Shown here: one piece after another, positions 35,742-35,845 of the stretch
Position numbering within the stretch: position 1 is the first letter of the stretch
How the letters are laid out: every line of letters starts with the position of its first letter
Source: Psammoneis japonica
Taxonomy: Eukaryota
Direction: 5' to 3'
DNA length: 35,845 nt
NCBI GenBank assembly: GCA_008632985.1
Contig: QPGO01000380.1
Location: forward strand, 1-35,845
Notes under the pieces: generated by a model
What the model was told of the DNA's origin: nothing
What the model saw: only the letters and a program-made list of their open reading frames with translations
Database searches by the model: none
Made by a program: the position numbers and the translations under genes

Positions 35742-35845
35742 TGTTCCCAGTCTCCATCCAGTTCTTGAGTTGACTGCAATCACAGTGCAAGGTCTAACGA
35801 GATAAAGACTTGAGTGATGACAAAGTTGTGAGAGAGAGACCGAGG

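Larger units (their letters stand above)
31244..35845 (-). mobile_element. Ty3/Gypsy element G3 (same family as G2), running off the window end
   Basis: 5' LTR part 35214-35845, gag, PR, RT N-terminal half, internal deletion near 32695, integrase, PPT and the start of the 3' LTR. Confidence 0.93.

Noticed and set aside
1..35845. Alternative genetic code explaining the missing Tyr
   Set aside because: Tyr is replaced inconsistently by Cys or His, non-coding elements show the same TpA loss, and the ORFs are frameshifted.
1..35845. Classical RIP or CpG decay as the sole cause of TG/CA excess
   Set aside because: RIP would enrich TpA. CpG decay is present but cannot turn TAY into TGY/CAY, and CpG-rich segments still lack TpA.

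Overview
Eukaryotic repeat graveyard, most likely from a diatom (inferred from CoDi-type Copia and Ambal-like LINE protein remnants). I see no intact host gene. The window is a nested mosaic of three Ty3/Gypsy elements (two of them same-family copies in inverted orientation), two Ty1/Copia fragments, a 5'-truncated RT+RNase H LINE with a clear target-site duplication, a separate APE-endonuclease remnant, three copies of a ~400-bp MITE family with 4-bp TSDs, and two other non-autonomous TIR elements. The main signal is a strong, directional TpA->TpG/CpA (A:T->G:C) hypermutation. TpA is almost absent, conserved Tyr codons read Cys or His, and a young versus old MITE copy pair shows the direction of change directly. 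Surviving TpA sites are mostly YTAR, implying a T-A-Y target on either strand. This looks like a mirror image of fungal RIP acting on DNA and may be an undescribed genome-defence mutator. All counts are manual and approximate.
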